Shown here piece by piece: positions 48,091 through 59,788 of a stretch of DNA of 64,000 nucleotides. Position numbers and translations under genes: made by a program. Origin of the DNA: Selaginella moellendorffii (Eukaryota; Plantae; Lycopodiophyta). How positions within the stretch are numbered: the first letter of the stretch is position 1; every line of letters begins with the position of its first letter. The notes under the pieces were generated by a model. That model was not told where the DNA came from. It did not search any database and saw only the letters and a list, made by a program, of their open reading frames with translations. The stretch is taken from contig NW_003314262.1 in NCBI RefSeq assembly GCF_000143415.4, forward strand, positions 3,725,799 to 3,789,798. Reading direction: 5' to 3'.

Positions 48091-50589
48091 TCCGTGAGAA
48101 GGGCTGTCATTGCCTGGATGTATCATGGGAAAAAGAAGGGACATCCGTCTATGTTTGTGTGCTCATGCCTTACGAAAAGGAGAAAGCTCTTGGAATTTCA
48201 GGAAACGTTGGAGCATTTGCCCCGCACGGGCACTTCTTCAGGGCTCTTGCTTTGCCTCGTCGCCGCATTGTTTTAACGGGATGGCATGACATTCTTCTCC
48301 ACTGGTCTTGAATTCGTATACACAATGGCGGCCTGCAAGGAAGAGCGTCAAGGGCAGAATTGGTGGGCATGTAGCAAGATGCGTTGCAGCATTTGCCTGG
48401 CTTGGGTATTTTTTGTGGCGCCTGCTGGTTCGTCAAGACTCTTGAGGCGGCATCCAGCTCGCCACGGGCACGGGTCTGGAGCATCATCTCCTGAGCGCCT
48501 TGCTTCTTCTTGACATGCTGAGCGTGGCGCTGCTCATGCTGCTCTTCCTGCGCGTGCTGTCCAAGGCTTACTGGCAGCGGCAGCTGCTGGCCATGGGAAA
48601 GGACGATCATCTTTGGGTGATCGACATACCTGGTCTCTGACGCTTGCGAATGCTTGAAGGAGAAAGTGTGCTAGCTCTGTGGTTCAACAAATGAGCGCTT
48701 TTCTAGATGCAGCATCCATTCTACGGTGGTTACTCTATCGCCTCTCAGCTTGTCAGCTTGTCATAATCGACAACTTGTAGCTCGGGAACGATTGATTTCA
48801 AGGGGTAGGAGATAAATCACTTTATCTTCTCATGGAGCAGAGGAAAACCAGAGCTACAACGGACGTGAAATGCGACGGACAGGTTGATTTGAGTTTAGAG
48901 CAGCAGCTCTGGAGGAGAGAAGTGATAAGTGAAAGCAGGGCACTTCAATGGTGCCAGAGGCACGGAGGATGTTTATCTGGAGACTTTAGACTTGCCACTC
49001 CAAGTCTGGTTATCCGGAGTTGGACAGGGCTTGAGGAAGGCTCTAGGCTGTGGAAAGCTTGCCAATACTGGACAAGGATAAGATAGATGGTACCGGAGTT
49101 CACCCACGCAGTTTGATGCTCAGGGACATCCAGCTTTCAAAGAATAAGCGTGCAATCCCGATCGCAGTATCAGCTGCAAGGTAAGTTTCGTGGCGATGAA
49201 ATTTTCACTGCGATCGTCAACACCATATAGAAAGTCTTGTGGCTTGGAAGAGCCAGCTTCAGGTGGTGACCGCCAGATGGTTCGTGGATTTAGCTGGTTC
49301 ACCGAGAATGAAGAAGTGCTCTAAAACTGGGACTTCTCAACAACCTGGAACATAGAAAAGCAGCCTCGTGTTTTTCCAGGGCGATGTTGATGAAGTCAAA
49401 CACGACGGTGGCTGCAAACCATCACTGATAAGTCTCGCTTTTTCTTTTCCTTTTCTTACCTTGGTTCCTGCTTTCAGGGATGGAGTTGAGCTAGCTCTGT
49501 GCTTAAAGTGCTTCGCGATTGGTCTACCACAGCTGCAGTTACACTTACACAAGCTTGTGGAAGCTTCAACTGGTTCCTCTCGACGTCCAACACCTGATGC
49601 ACAGAGAGATTACTACGGTGGTTACTTTGGTGTGCAGCGACATGGAAAGACAAGCACTCAGGAGTTGCTGCTCATGGATCAGGCGATCTACGGCTCACAA
49701 AATGAAGGTCAAACGGTTTAAACTAAGAGCTCCAACAGGAACAGCAACGAGGTTGTGCCTCTACAGCGAGTGGAAGTTGCTTCCTTGGAAGGCGAGCAGC
49801 TGAGAAAACGACGAGCAGCTTCGAAGAAGCTTGCAACTTCTTCTTCCAAAAGAGCATGGTCTTCATCACAAAGCTGCAGCTCCGACTCTTCTTCTGGAAA
49901 CCCGCCCCAGGGTGGCGTCTCTTCGAGATCTTCTTTCAAATGCGGAGGAGAAGCTACTTCAACTTCCGAGCAATCAATCGCGGGCAGATAAAAGAAGAGT
50001 GGCCAAACCTTGCCTTCCACCACTTGTGCAATAGGTTGTCCTGCCAAGGCTCTCGGAGTCGGGTGCACCGCTTTAAAAGGGAGAAACCCTTGAAGCGAGT
50101 CAATGTTTGAGGCGACACTTGAGAGTTTTCGGGGCGTCCGACGTCCAACGTGTGATCTACATCATCCAGCTTTCGAAGTCAGAATGCTCAACTCCAATCC
50201 GGATGGTGATGGCTATTTGAGGCAGCATCCACATTCTATCATCTTGGTCTCGGAGTTGTCAAGCAACTCGACTCCAATCCGGATGGAAGATATTTGAGAC
50301 GCAGCATGGCTGCACCGCAGCATCGAGATTAGTTTGTGATTTGGAGAAGAGAAGTGATAATGTCGTTGTGGTTCAACAGAAGCGAGTAAAAGAAGATCTT
50401 GGGACGTCAGCATGGAGCGGCTCAACACGAGTTACTAGTTCGTGTTCTTTGGCTACAAGAGATCATATGAAATTTTACTTTTTGTATTGTCACTTCCTTT
50501 TCCAGTTTTTCGCAATGGAGCACAATGCTCTCTTCTATGCTATTACGAGGCTTGGCGGACTCTTCCTCTTCTTCTTCTAGTGGACAGCG

Positions 50590-51512
50590 CCAAGAATCTC
50601 CTCTGGCAGGAAGCTCCATGGATTTCTGCGCGACACCGGGCAAGACCAAGACACATTTCTTGGGAATCTCCTCGTCCAGGTGCATGGGGGCTGCGGTAGC
50701 ACGGATGAGGCATACGCTGCCTTCTCCAGGATTTCCAGGCGGAATGTCTTCTTGTGGAACATTTTAATCACAGCATTTTAATCAAAGCCGGGCATTTGCA
50801 ACGAGCCGAGATTTTGTTCCAGAAAATGCCCAAGCGTGATCAGGTCTCCTGGAATGTGATCATCGCCGCTTTTGCTCGGGCCGGCGACATCGATCGGATG
50901 CTCAGGCTTTTGAACGCGATGGAGCGACAGGGAATCTATCCAAACAGGCTGACTTTCGTGGCTCTTCTCGACGCATTTGATAGCAGCGAGATGGATCCAT
51001 CACGATCTTCTGAGGAATGTAAGCTCCTTCACTCCAAAATCTCGCAGCATGGTTTCCATTTCGATCTCCAGATCCAGACTGCTCTGATCAAAATGTATGA
51101 CAGACTGGGGAGCGTCGAGAAAGCCATCGCGGTGTTTGATCGGATCAGCAGTCCAGACGCCATCGCGTGGAACAGTCTTCTATCAGCGTTTGCTCGGAAC
51201 GGAGATCTCGCCGCCGCAAATGCTTTGTTCCAGCTAATGCCGGAGCGAAGTTTGGTGTCCTGGAACATCGCCATCGCTGCGAACCTCCACTGCGGCCTTG
51301 CAAAGACCGCTCTCTGGTTGCTCTAAGTTATGGATCTCGACGGTGGCGATACCGCAGATCGAGCGATCTTCATCACTGCTCTCTATGCTTGTGGAGTACC
51401 CGACGAACTGAGACTGGGCGAAGCCATCCACTCCGAGATCGCTGCGTCCGGCCTGGGAACAGATGTTTGCATCGGAACAGCCCTGATCAGCATGTATGGA
51501 GCTCGAGATTGA
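50590..51512 (+). pseudogene. PLS-class PPR pseudogene
   Basis: DTFLGNLLVQVHGGCGS, RDQVSWNVIIAAFAR, QTALIKMYDRLGS and IGTALISMYG. Frameshift near 50760, in-frame stop at 51324, 3' truncated. Confidence 0.85.
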
Positions 51513-51829
51513 TAATGGAAGTGGTGAGAGAATGGGAGGAGAGTAAATTGGGCGATTTCGGTGGTGGTTTATAGTGGCTAGAATGACAATCGCTGAAGGG
51601 ATTGACGATGTTTTTGGCGATCGCAGCGATGGGCGTGGTCCACAGCTGGACATGCAAACATCCGCTAGCTGGCTACTATATGAAAAACATTGACCTAAAA
51701 GAAATCTGTGTCATCTACCTTTATGGAACTTACAGATTTTCGTTTATAAGGTGGCAGATCTTTGAGTACCAAAATACTTCTGGAAAAGAAGAGGATTCGA
51801 ACAATTTAAGGGTTTTAGTTATGTCGTGC

Positions 51830-54790
51830 GATGGAGAAGGATGTTGGGATTTTGTGCTTCGCGAATTCCTTCCCCGGTTTTAGAGCTGTTCTCAAGCAAA
51901 GGTATGGACAATGCCGCGCTCTCTCCAACCATGGTTGCATTCTTTCATTCCGTTCTTTCAGGTACTCCGACTTCATCGTTAACAAGGTGGATCTCGATGG
52001 CAATGTGGTGCAATTGACGAGCTTAACAGCGCCACCAGAGGTCCTTTGACGTTTCCATTCTTGATCATGGCTGTTTAGCTTCGTTTTTCTCTTTCGTCTT
52101 TCAGGATGAAACCCGGAGTGATGCCGCTGCCGCGGAGTTTTCCGTGGCTTCATACGAGGCTCAGCTCGATGCTTTCAAGGAACTCGCCGGCAAGGAGAAT
52201 GCTCGTATTGTCAAGCGGCTCCTTGACAAGATTTCTCAGGAAAAGTCCGATGATGGAAACTCACTGGTGGAAACTCTCACGCCAAACGAGGATAAAGGCA
52301 GCCGCACGGTATCTTTGCTGCTTGTCTTTCTTGTTGTCTATGAAAGTAAGTTCTTCGTGTTGCAGAAAGTTCACGCGTTCTTTCGGGAGAGAATGCCGAT
52401 GCTTATAACTGATACTGTGGCGGACAATCGCATTCGCGTGAGATACGGTGGCGGCTCAGTTTCTGACGATCGAGCTGGCAAAAGGAATCGAAGCTGGAAA
52501 GGAAAGCGAGGCCATGAATCGAAGCGACAGAGACAAGACAGTGACAAGTTTGATCGTCGCGCAGGAAACTACTGGCCAGCTGATAGACACAAGTTTTGCC
52601 AGCAAGTTTTTTTTGTTTTCCCTGGTTTCTTTTCTCAAGCTCCGGTTTCTTTTCCTTGTAAGGTTTTACCTATACAAAGAGAACAAGACTACGCAGTCGG
52701 CTTTGATGATTGTAGCTCAGAAGATTGGCGTAAAGGTAACCTGAGCATAACTGTTAGTTTTCCTAAAGGATCTTACCAGGCAAAGAACATGGGTTTTGCG
52801 GGGACGAAAGATAAGCGTGCAGTGACGACACAGCGGGTAAGATCCACCCATTAGAGTTTGGAGAAAAACAAAATGCTATCTTTTGTTCCAGCCCACTGTT
52901 TACAGCAACACAACTCGCAGCACTTAACAAATCCTTGTTTGGTATCAAGCTAGGAAACTTTAGGTGTTTATTCTCTCTACCATTCTTTCCAATTTCATTT
53001 TTTCTTTTCTTTAAATTTTCTTAGCTACGTTGAGAAGGGCTTAGCTCTTGGAGAGCTTTCTGGAAATCGCTTCAGCGTGATTTTGCGGTGATTTCTAGCC
53101 GATTGAAAGCATTCTCTAATGGACTGCTTGCAGTGATGTCGTTGCGGAGTCCGAGAATGCGATCAAGGAAGCAGCTGAGGGCATGGGGAACTCTGGTTTT
53201 ATCAACTACTATGGCTTGCAGGTATGTGATGACTTTGATCCAGAGTACGTACTACCTTTACATTTTTGCAGCGTTTTGGAAGCTGTGGTGTGCCGACGCA
53301 TGCTATAGGCGCCAAGGTGACTGGAAAACCGCAGTCGATCTGATACTCCAAGAGAGAGAAGGAGATATCCTTTTTTTATCTTCTAGTTTTAAATGCTTTA
53401 ACGAAAACTTTTGGTGCCTTAACGCGGTTTACACAGCAGCAAGCAGCTGAGGAATCTCGTAAGATCTTCAAGACTGCCGGTCCTGCCGAGGCCTTAAAGC
53501 TCATGCCGCACCATATGATTGCCGAAAGAGCCATTGTAAGATGCCAAGATTATGACGGGCCTGAACCATGTTTCGTTCTTTGTTGGCGCAGCTTCTTAGC
53601 TTGAAAAAGGATCCTGCAAACTACTTACAGGCCATCCAAAATATTCCCAGGCCAATGCGGATGATGTAAGTTTTGCAAGAGCTTTCTACTTGTTGTGTGA
53701 TGTTTCTTATGCTTGTTCCACAGGTACGTCCACAGCTACCAAAGCTATCTGTGGAACAGCGCTGCAAGTGCGAGGATACAAAAATATGGTAATCCATCAT
53801 TCTCAAACGGTGTCAAAGACGTAGTGTTTACAGGGGTGGATGCTGTTGTGGAAGGTGATCTCGTCTACTGTCAAGAGGATGAGATTTCTAAAGAAGCCGG
53901 GAGGGATGATGTGGATCTTGAGGATCTCGTCGACACGGACGTCCTAGAGGATGACGCTTGCATGGAACTTGCTCGCCCATCTCGGAAGAAAGTAAAGGTA
54001 ACCAGACATGGTAATCTTACCGCTTTAACACCATTTTAGCATGTCCCAGCGGAAGATATCGCCTCAAAAAAGTATGTGATAACCGACGTGGTCTTGCGAG
54101 TGAGCATGCTTGTGAGTTTCGTTTTTTGCTACAGGAGATTGATCTACTTTTTTTGCAGGTCCACCTCCATCAAACGATGTGGCCAATGTCTACCACAAAA
54201 TCATGAAAATGGTTAGTTCCTTTCCAACGTTTTGATGTACAAACAATCGCTCTTTTTTCCCAGGAATCAATAGATTTGAAGTCTTGTACACACAACGTAA
54301 AGTACGTGTTTTGGTCCAACATTGATTTACTTCGTTTTTGATAATTTTTGTAGAGAGTTCTCGGTGGAGTATTTGACAGGAGCATATCTAAACTTACTCG
54401 TGAAGCCTATCGACTTCGAGTGGTAATTTGTCCGGCTGCTTCAATGTCGCAAAACTCACATCTTTCGGTTCCAGGAGATTATCCTCGTACAGCGACTCTC
54501 GGAATCCTCTGACGAAAACGGACATGGATTTGCTCCACGATCCTAGCACTAGCGTTCCAGAAGAAGATGCGAACTCCACTCAAGGCCCCAGCCTTCTGGC
54601 ATTGCAGCTGCAATTCACTCTCCCAACGTCGGCCTATGCCACAATGGCGATAAGAAAGGTCATGAAAATGTCTACCTCGGTAAGTTTGCCATGGTCCTTC
54701 TAGAAAATTTTCTTGAGCTTTGCGATTCACAGGTCTCCGTGTATAAGCTGTTATCACGGCAGCAAGAGCTCCCCAAAAAAGATGGTGATT
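51830..54790 (+). pseudogene. PUS7: Pseudouridine synthase PUS7/TruD-like gene, apparently damaged
   Basis: GFRAVLKQRYSDFIVN, FAGTKDKRAVTTQ, LGELSGNRFSV, GFINYYGLQRFG, YVHSYQSYLWN and FTLPTSAYATMAIR over many exons. Apparent frameshifting deletion at about 53310 (THAIG joined out of frame to QGDWK) and a truncated VLPLPG exon near 54095. Confidence 0.8.
53365..53434 (+). other. U12-type AT-AC intron
   Basis: 5' ATATCCTT, branch site CCTTAAC at 53417-53423 and 3' AC at 53433-53434. Removal restores the frame REG-E-QQAAEESRKIFK. Confidence 0.85.
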
Positions 54791-54808
54791 AACAAGGATT
54801 CTATGTTT

Positions 54809-54811
<3 letters not shown>

Positions 54812-54838
<27 letters not shown>
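54812..54838. repeat. (CTG)n microsatellite
   Basis: About 9 tgc units. Confidence 0.85.
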
Positions 54839-54839
<1 letters not shown>

Positions 54840-54959
54840 TGTTTCCTTCCGCTTGGATTGGAGTATTCGCCGGGATATTCGTTTTAGGGTTCTTGAGATG
54901 ATTATTCCTGGGATATTCTTACTTGAAACAACCGTTAGGGCTCTTGGAGTTTTATTGTC

Positions 54960-56930
54960 GAGAATTTGCTGCTCGTGCCGCCGCGCTCAAGATCTCTGGC
55001 CGCAGCTCCAGGCGGTGATCGACTGCCTTCTCCAGTGTGGGAATTCGAGGGATTTCCGGCGCGCCAGATAGATCCAGGCATGGATTGGGGCGAGCGAGTT
55101 CCACAGGCACAACAGGTTCCTCGCCAATGCGCTGGTTTATGGCCGCTATGGGCGGATCGAGGAGGCGAGGGCGGTGTTCCAGGGGATCGCGAGACCATCG
55201 ATCAGTTCCTGGAATGCTTTGCTCCAGGTCTACAATCGCAGCGGCCAGGTGGAGCGCTCCAAGGAGTGCTTCGATCGGATGAGCGCCAGGAATGTGGTGT
55301 GTTGGACGATTCTGGCGACGGGATTTGTGCAGCACGGGCATGGCCAAGAGGGGCGCTTGGTCTTCCACAAGATGCCCGAGAGGAGCCTAGTCTCTTGGAA
55401 TCTAATGATCGGTGCCAGCGTTCAGGATGGAGATTTGGGCGAGGCCGAGCGATTGTTCTTCGCAGCGCCAGATCGCGGCATTGCCTCGTGCACGACGATG
55501 ATCACGGGATATGCCCAAGTGGGTGATCTTGCCTCCGCGAGGAAAATGTTCGAGGAGATGAGCGAGAAGAACGTTGTTTCGTGGACAGCGATCCTTCAGG
55601 CCTACTTGGAAAATGGGCTTGTCATTTTCGCAAAGATGGTGTTTGATCGAATGCCGGGGGGAAATCTAGTGAGCTTCTCGGCGATGGTAGCAGCGTATGC
55701 CCAGAACGGGCATCTGGATGAGACAAAGGTGATGTTGGCTTTGATCGAAACTTTGTTTTCTGGAATATCATGTTCCATGGATACACCGCAAACCAGAAGC
55801 TTCTAGACGCAAAAGATATCTTTGTCAAAATGCCCGAAAGAGATGTGGTGGCATGGACATCTATGCTTGTAGCCACTGCCCAAGAAGGGCATCGTGAAGA
55901 AGCTAAGGCTGTGTTTGCAGCCATGCCCGAGAGGAATGCCGTGTCATGGACCACCTTGATTTTCTACTGCAACACCATCGTGGACGCGGAGCACTGCTTC
56001 TTCGATCGATGCCCGAAATGGTCGCTCGTCTCCACCAACGTGATGCTCCAAGCATATGCCCAGGCTGGGGATCCCCAGAGAGTTTGGAGCTTGTTCTCCT
56101 CCATGCCGGATCGAGACACCGTCTCCTGGAATCTCTTGCTCCAGTCGTGCGGTGCCAGCGTCGAGGATTCCACCTGGGTCTTCGAGAGGATCCCTCGCAG
56201 GGACGCGGTATCCTGGTTTGAGATGATCCAATCGATCGTGCAGAGCGGGGCTATGGAGTCGGCCAAGATCTGGCTGGAGATGCACAGCACCATGGCGTGG
56301 ACGTGCCTCGCTGGGCAGGATCGAGGATGTTTGATTCCATCCCCTGCCGCGATCTCGTCGCCTGGACCGCCATGATCGTGGGCTACGCGCAGAGCCAGCG
56401 CATCCACGACGTGAAGAAGCTCTTCGATCGGATGCCCCAGTGGGACGCCATCGCGTGCTCGATGCTGCTCGCCTCCATGGATCTCTTCCCGTAGATGCTG
56501 GGCGATCGCTCTTCCATATGATCGAATCCTTCGCTCTTGCGGGGCCGGTGGAGCGGCGCAAGCTGGCGATCCATCTCTTCCACGCGATGCTCGTAGAAGG
56601 TGTCAAGCCCGATGGATCCACGCTCGCTAGCGTCATGCTCGCTTCGGCCAGGGGATTCTTCCTCTCCATCGCTCGATCCGGTCAAAGAACACTACAGCTG
56701 CCTTGTCGATTCGCTCAGCCGCGCCGGGCAGCTCCGCGACGCACAAGATCTCATGGATTCCATGCCCTTTCTTCCATCGCGGCTGGATTGGAGGACGCTG
56801 CTGGGCGCTTGCAAGAGCCAGCCAGATCTGGCCATGGGGGCTCGAGCGGCGGAAAATGTGGTGTCGCTGGAACCCCGGAGTGGAGCGCCGTGGTCTTGTC
56901 GAGCGTCATCGCCGTGGAATCCATAGCTCA
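54960..56930 (+). pseudogene. PLS-class PPR pseudogene with E domain
   Basis: Many short S-type repeats (MPER.VVSW) and KEHYSCLVDSLSRAGQL...MPF...WRTLLGACK, split across at least four reading frames. Confidence 0.85.
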
Positions 56931-57129
56931 CCTTGAGACAATAGGATATACTCCAGAATAACATCAATAGCTAATAGCTAACATCTTGAGACAATAGGAT
57001 AAGTTCATTGTGTGATCTCCATAAGTCAATAGGATTCACATTGAGTGACAATAGTTACTGTTCACCATGAGACAATAGGATTCACATTGCTTACCTTTCA
57101 CGCTCTTTTGATAGGAAGAGTATTTCGCT

Positions 57130-58785
57130 TTAGCCACTCGCGAGCGCTCTCATTCACAAGCGGAGATACCTGATGAGTGAAAGAGTGGTTTCACTGGTAA
57201 TTTCTTATGGAAGCTTACCTTGTCCCAGACTGCAGCGTGATACTTGTTCACCCAAGAGATATCCTCGTCGGACAAGAGATGAAGGGCCATGAGTTTTGTC
57301 TGGAAGAGGAACAGATGAGTGAGGAATTGGATGAATGTGAGTCGCATTACCTGGATTGGAACGAACGACAGGCATTCAAATCCTAGATAGGAAACTCTTC
57401 CAAAGCAGTTTGGTGTCTCCACCTCGCAAACATGAAGTAAATTCTGCACAAAGATTGAAAAAAGAGAGTGTTAAGAGAAAATTTTCTGTCTCACCTCTAT
57501 TCGAATTCCAAAGTTGTGATCTTCATAGTAACCAGCTCATTGCTGATTATCATTCTCGGTTACAAGGCAGTCATGTTTCCGAACCGAAAACTGATGCTTT
57601 GAGGACCTTCATGGACATTGAGAGCAACGCCAACTCCATGACCAGTTCCTACATTTCCACTGCACAGTCAAGAGAGTACTTAATTCACTGCAAATACCGT
57701 GACGATAGTCAAGTCCAATTCTCCATAAGGACGAACGAGCCAGAACGTCGAGTACGAAGCCAGGAGTATTCTCTGGGAAAACTGCTTGATCAATCGATAT
57801 GTGCCCCTAAAATACAAACAAGTCAGCTAAAAAGCCAAGACAAGATCCGGAGCGTACCTGTAAACTCGTGTAAAGCACTCTTTCCGGTAAGCAGTAGGCA
57901 CCCCAAAATGAACAGTCCTGGTTATATCGTTGTTCCATCTGTATATTGCGCGCCACTGTCGAGAAAAAGCAGATTTTCATCGTCCAATAAGGCTCCATTT
58001 GCACCCAATCCTGTAAGGACTGGTAAGAGTCGACAATTTTGCAATGGTAGAAAATACAAACCACAAATTGTATCAAAACTAGTTTCTAGAAATCCTTCCT
58101 TGTTGGAACGAAAGCGGAGAAGTTCATCACCAACTTCCACCTTCGTAAGTTTGGCTTTCTCAGTAACGATTTTTACTTCGAGCCAAGCCCAAAACTCGAC
58201 CAGCGCTGCAGCATCCTAGCTCGGAAAAGACCCAGTTACAATTGCGAAGAAAACGACGGAACTTTTACCTCAAGTGTTCTTGTTTCATCCCTGAGATCTC
58301 AGCAGCAATTTTTATGGCCTTCGGCACAGATAGCGGCGATGGTCTGTGTAATGCAGCCGGTCCATCTGATGTTCCACTTTTCCCGTCGACATCCGCTTTG
58401 GCATAAAAGCTCGTACATCCTTCCGAAAATGCATTCACAATGGCCATGTTGGTTTTGGTTGGATCTAGCCACAATTTTGAGCCCGACTCAGCTAATCTAA
58501 AAGGACATTGCGTTAGCAACTCCCTAACATCAAAATGATAGCACACCTTTGAATAGTTGATAGGAGCACGGAGTACTCTTTGACGGTCACAGAAGAGTTT
58601 TCCAGATGCATCTCAACGTCTGGCGTCACCTTTGACACATCTGTGAAAAGAGTTGCCTTGTCCATCTCGACAAGCGCGTAAGCATAAGCCACTGGAGAAT
58701 GAGGGACATCGCCACCACGCTGAAACATAAAAATTCAGAAGAGAAAAGTACAGACGTTCACTTACAAGATTAAACAGCCATGCAA
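57130..58785 (-). pseudogene. Xaa-Pro aminopeptidase (aminopeptidase P, M24B) remnant, copy 1
   Basis: RGGDVPHSPV, PSPLSVPKAIK, SFDTICG, LDSGAQYTDGTT, LGFECLSFVPIQ and WVNKYH. The 5' part is not seen and there are internal deletions. Confidence 0.8.
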
Positions 58786-59788
58786 CTTCATCAGAGCATG
58801 GTTATCACGATGCCCAGCTTCTTATCAGGAACAAATTCCTTGTCTTTGGCATTCTTCCTCGCAATCCTGACGGACGAAGGCTCTGCCGTGATCCCGGGCC
58901 CCGGATTCCTGGATCCCGAACACAATGCTGTGAGATTTCCTACATTGCCATGGAAATCGAAGAGAAGCGTCTGATTCCGGCGCCAATGCCCCTGTGCGCG
59001 GCAGCTGCGAGAACCGAATGGCGGCCCGGGTGATTGGAAATCCAAATACACCTCAGCAATCATCGCGCGAGGCGAGGAGCCCTGAGAGAATTTGCAAGCT
59101 ACAAAGTGAGCTTTTTTAACTAGCTCTCAGGTCTGGAGCTCGATTCCAAGGACGAAAACAATTCGATGAAAAACTAAACATCATGTTATCCTCGGACCTA
59201 CTCTGGCAGCCTAAAGGAATAGGCAAGGCCCAATCATTTGGGGGAGTGATAGAATAGTTGAGTCTTATGTTTTGGCAGGGTGATCGATGATGAAATCCAT
59301 TAACAGTAGCACCCCTTTAACACTATTCTTTATTTGATCGAAGGAGACAACCATGTCCACTTTTACTTTAGGATTAGACCTAGTTAAGACATAAAAGTGT
59401 TATGTAAAGTAGCTTAGTTTTTGTATTAATCCACATACGTGATCCCCCGACCTAATGGGATTATTTCTCTAAATGTGACAATTGTTCAGTATTTCTGTCC
59501 TGAAATTTCTTATGGGAGCTCGAGAGGATACTTCGTGTGGATTTTTCCGAGTCTTTTTCGCCAGTGGCTAAAATGTCTTCTATAAGAAAATGACTTCTCC
59601 GTCTTGCAGCAGCTTACCAAACTGAGTCCTCAGAATAATACTTCAAATTTGTCATTCAAAAGAAGAGAGAGAAATAAGACTTCACAACAACCGTTCGAAA
59701 GAAGCCAACTGAAGTCTGGTTTGTGCAGGATATATTAGAGAGGCTAATCTCAAACTTGTGGAGTGAGTGCTTCGTTCCTTCTCGCAAC

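Noticed and set aside
56930-57090. Repeated gagacaataggat motifs resembling a CRISPR array
   Set aside because: Only about 4 degenerate 13-15 bp copies with irregular, self-similar spacing, in a eukaryotic context with no cas genes. Local slippage duplication is the simpler explanation.
57356-58219. 287-aa plus-strand ORF
   Set aside because: Antisense to the aminopeptidase P remnant, no recognisable motif, and not preserved as an ORF in copy 2.
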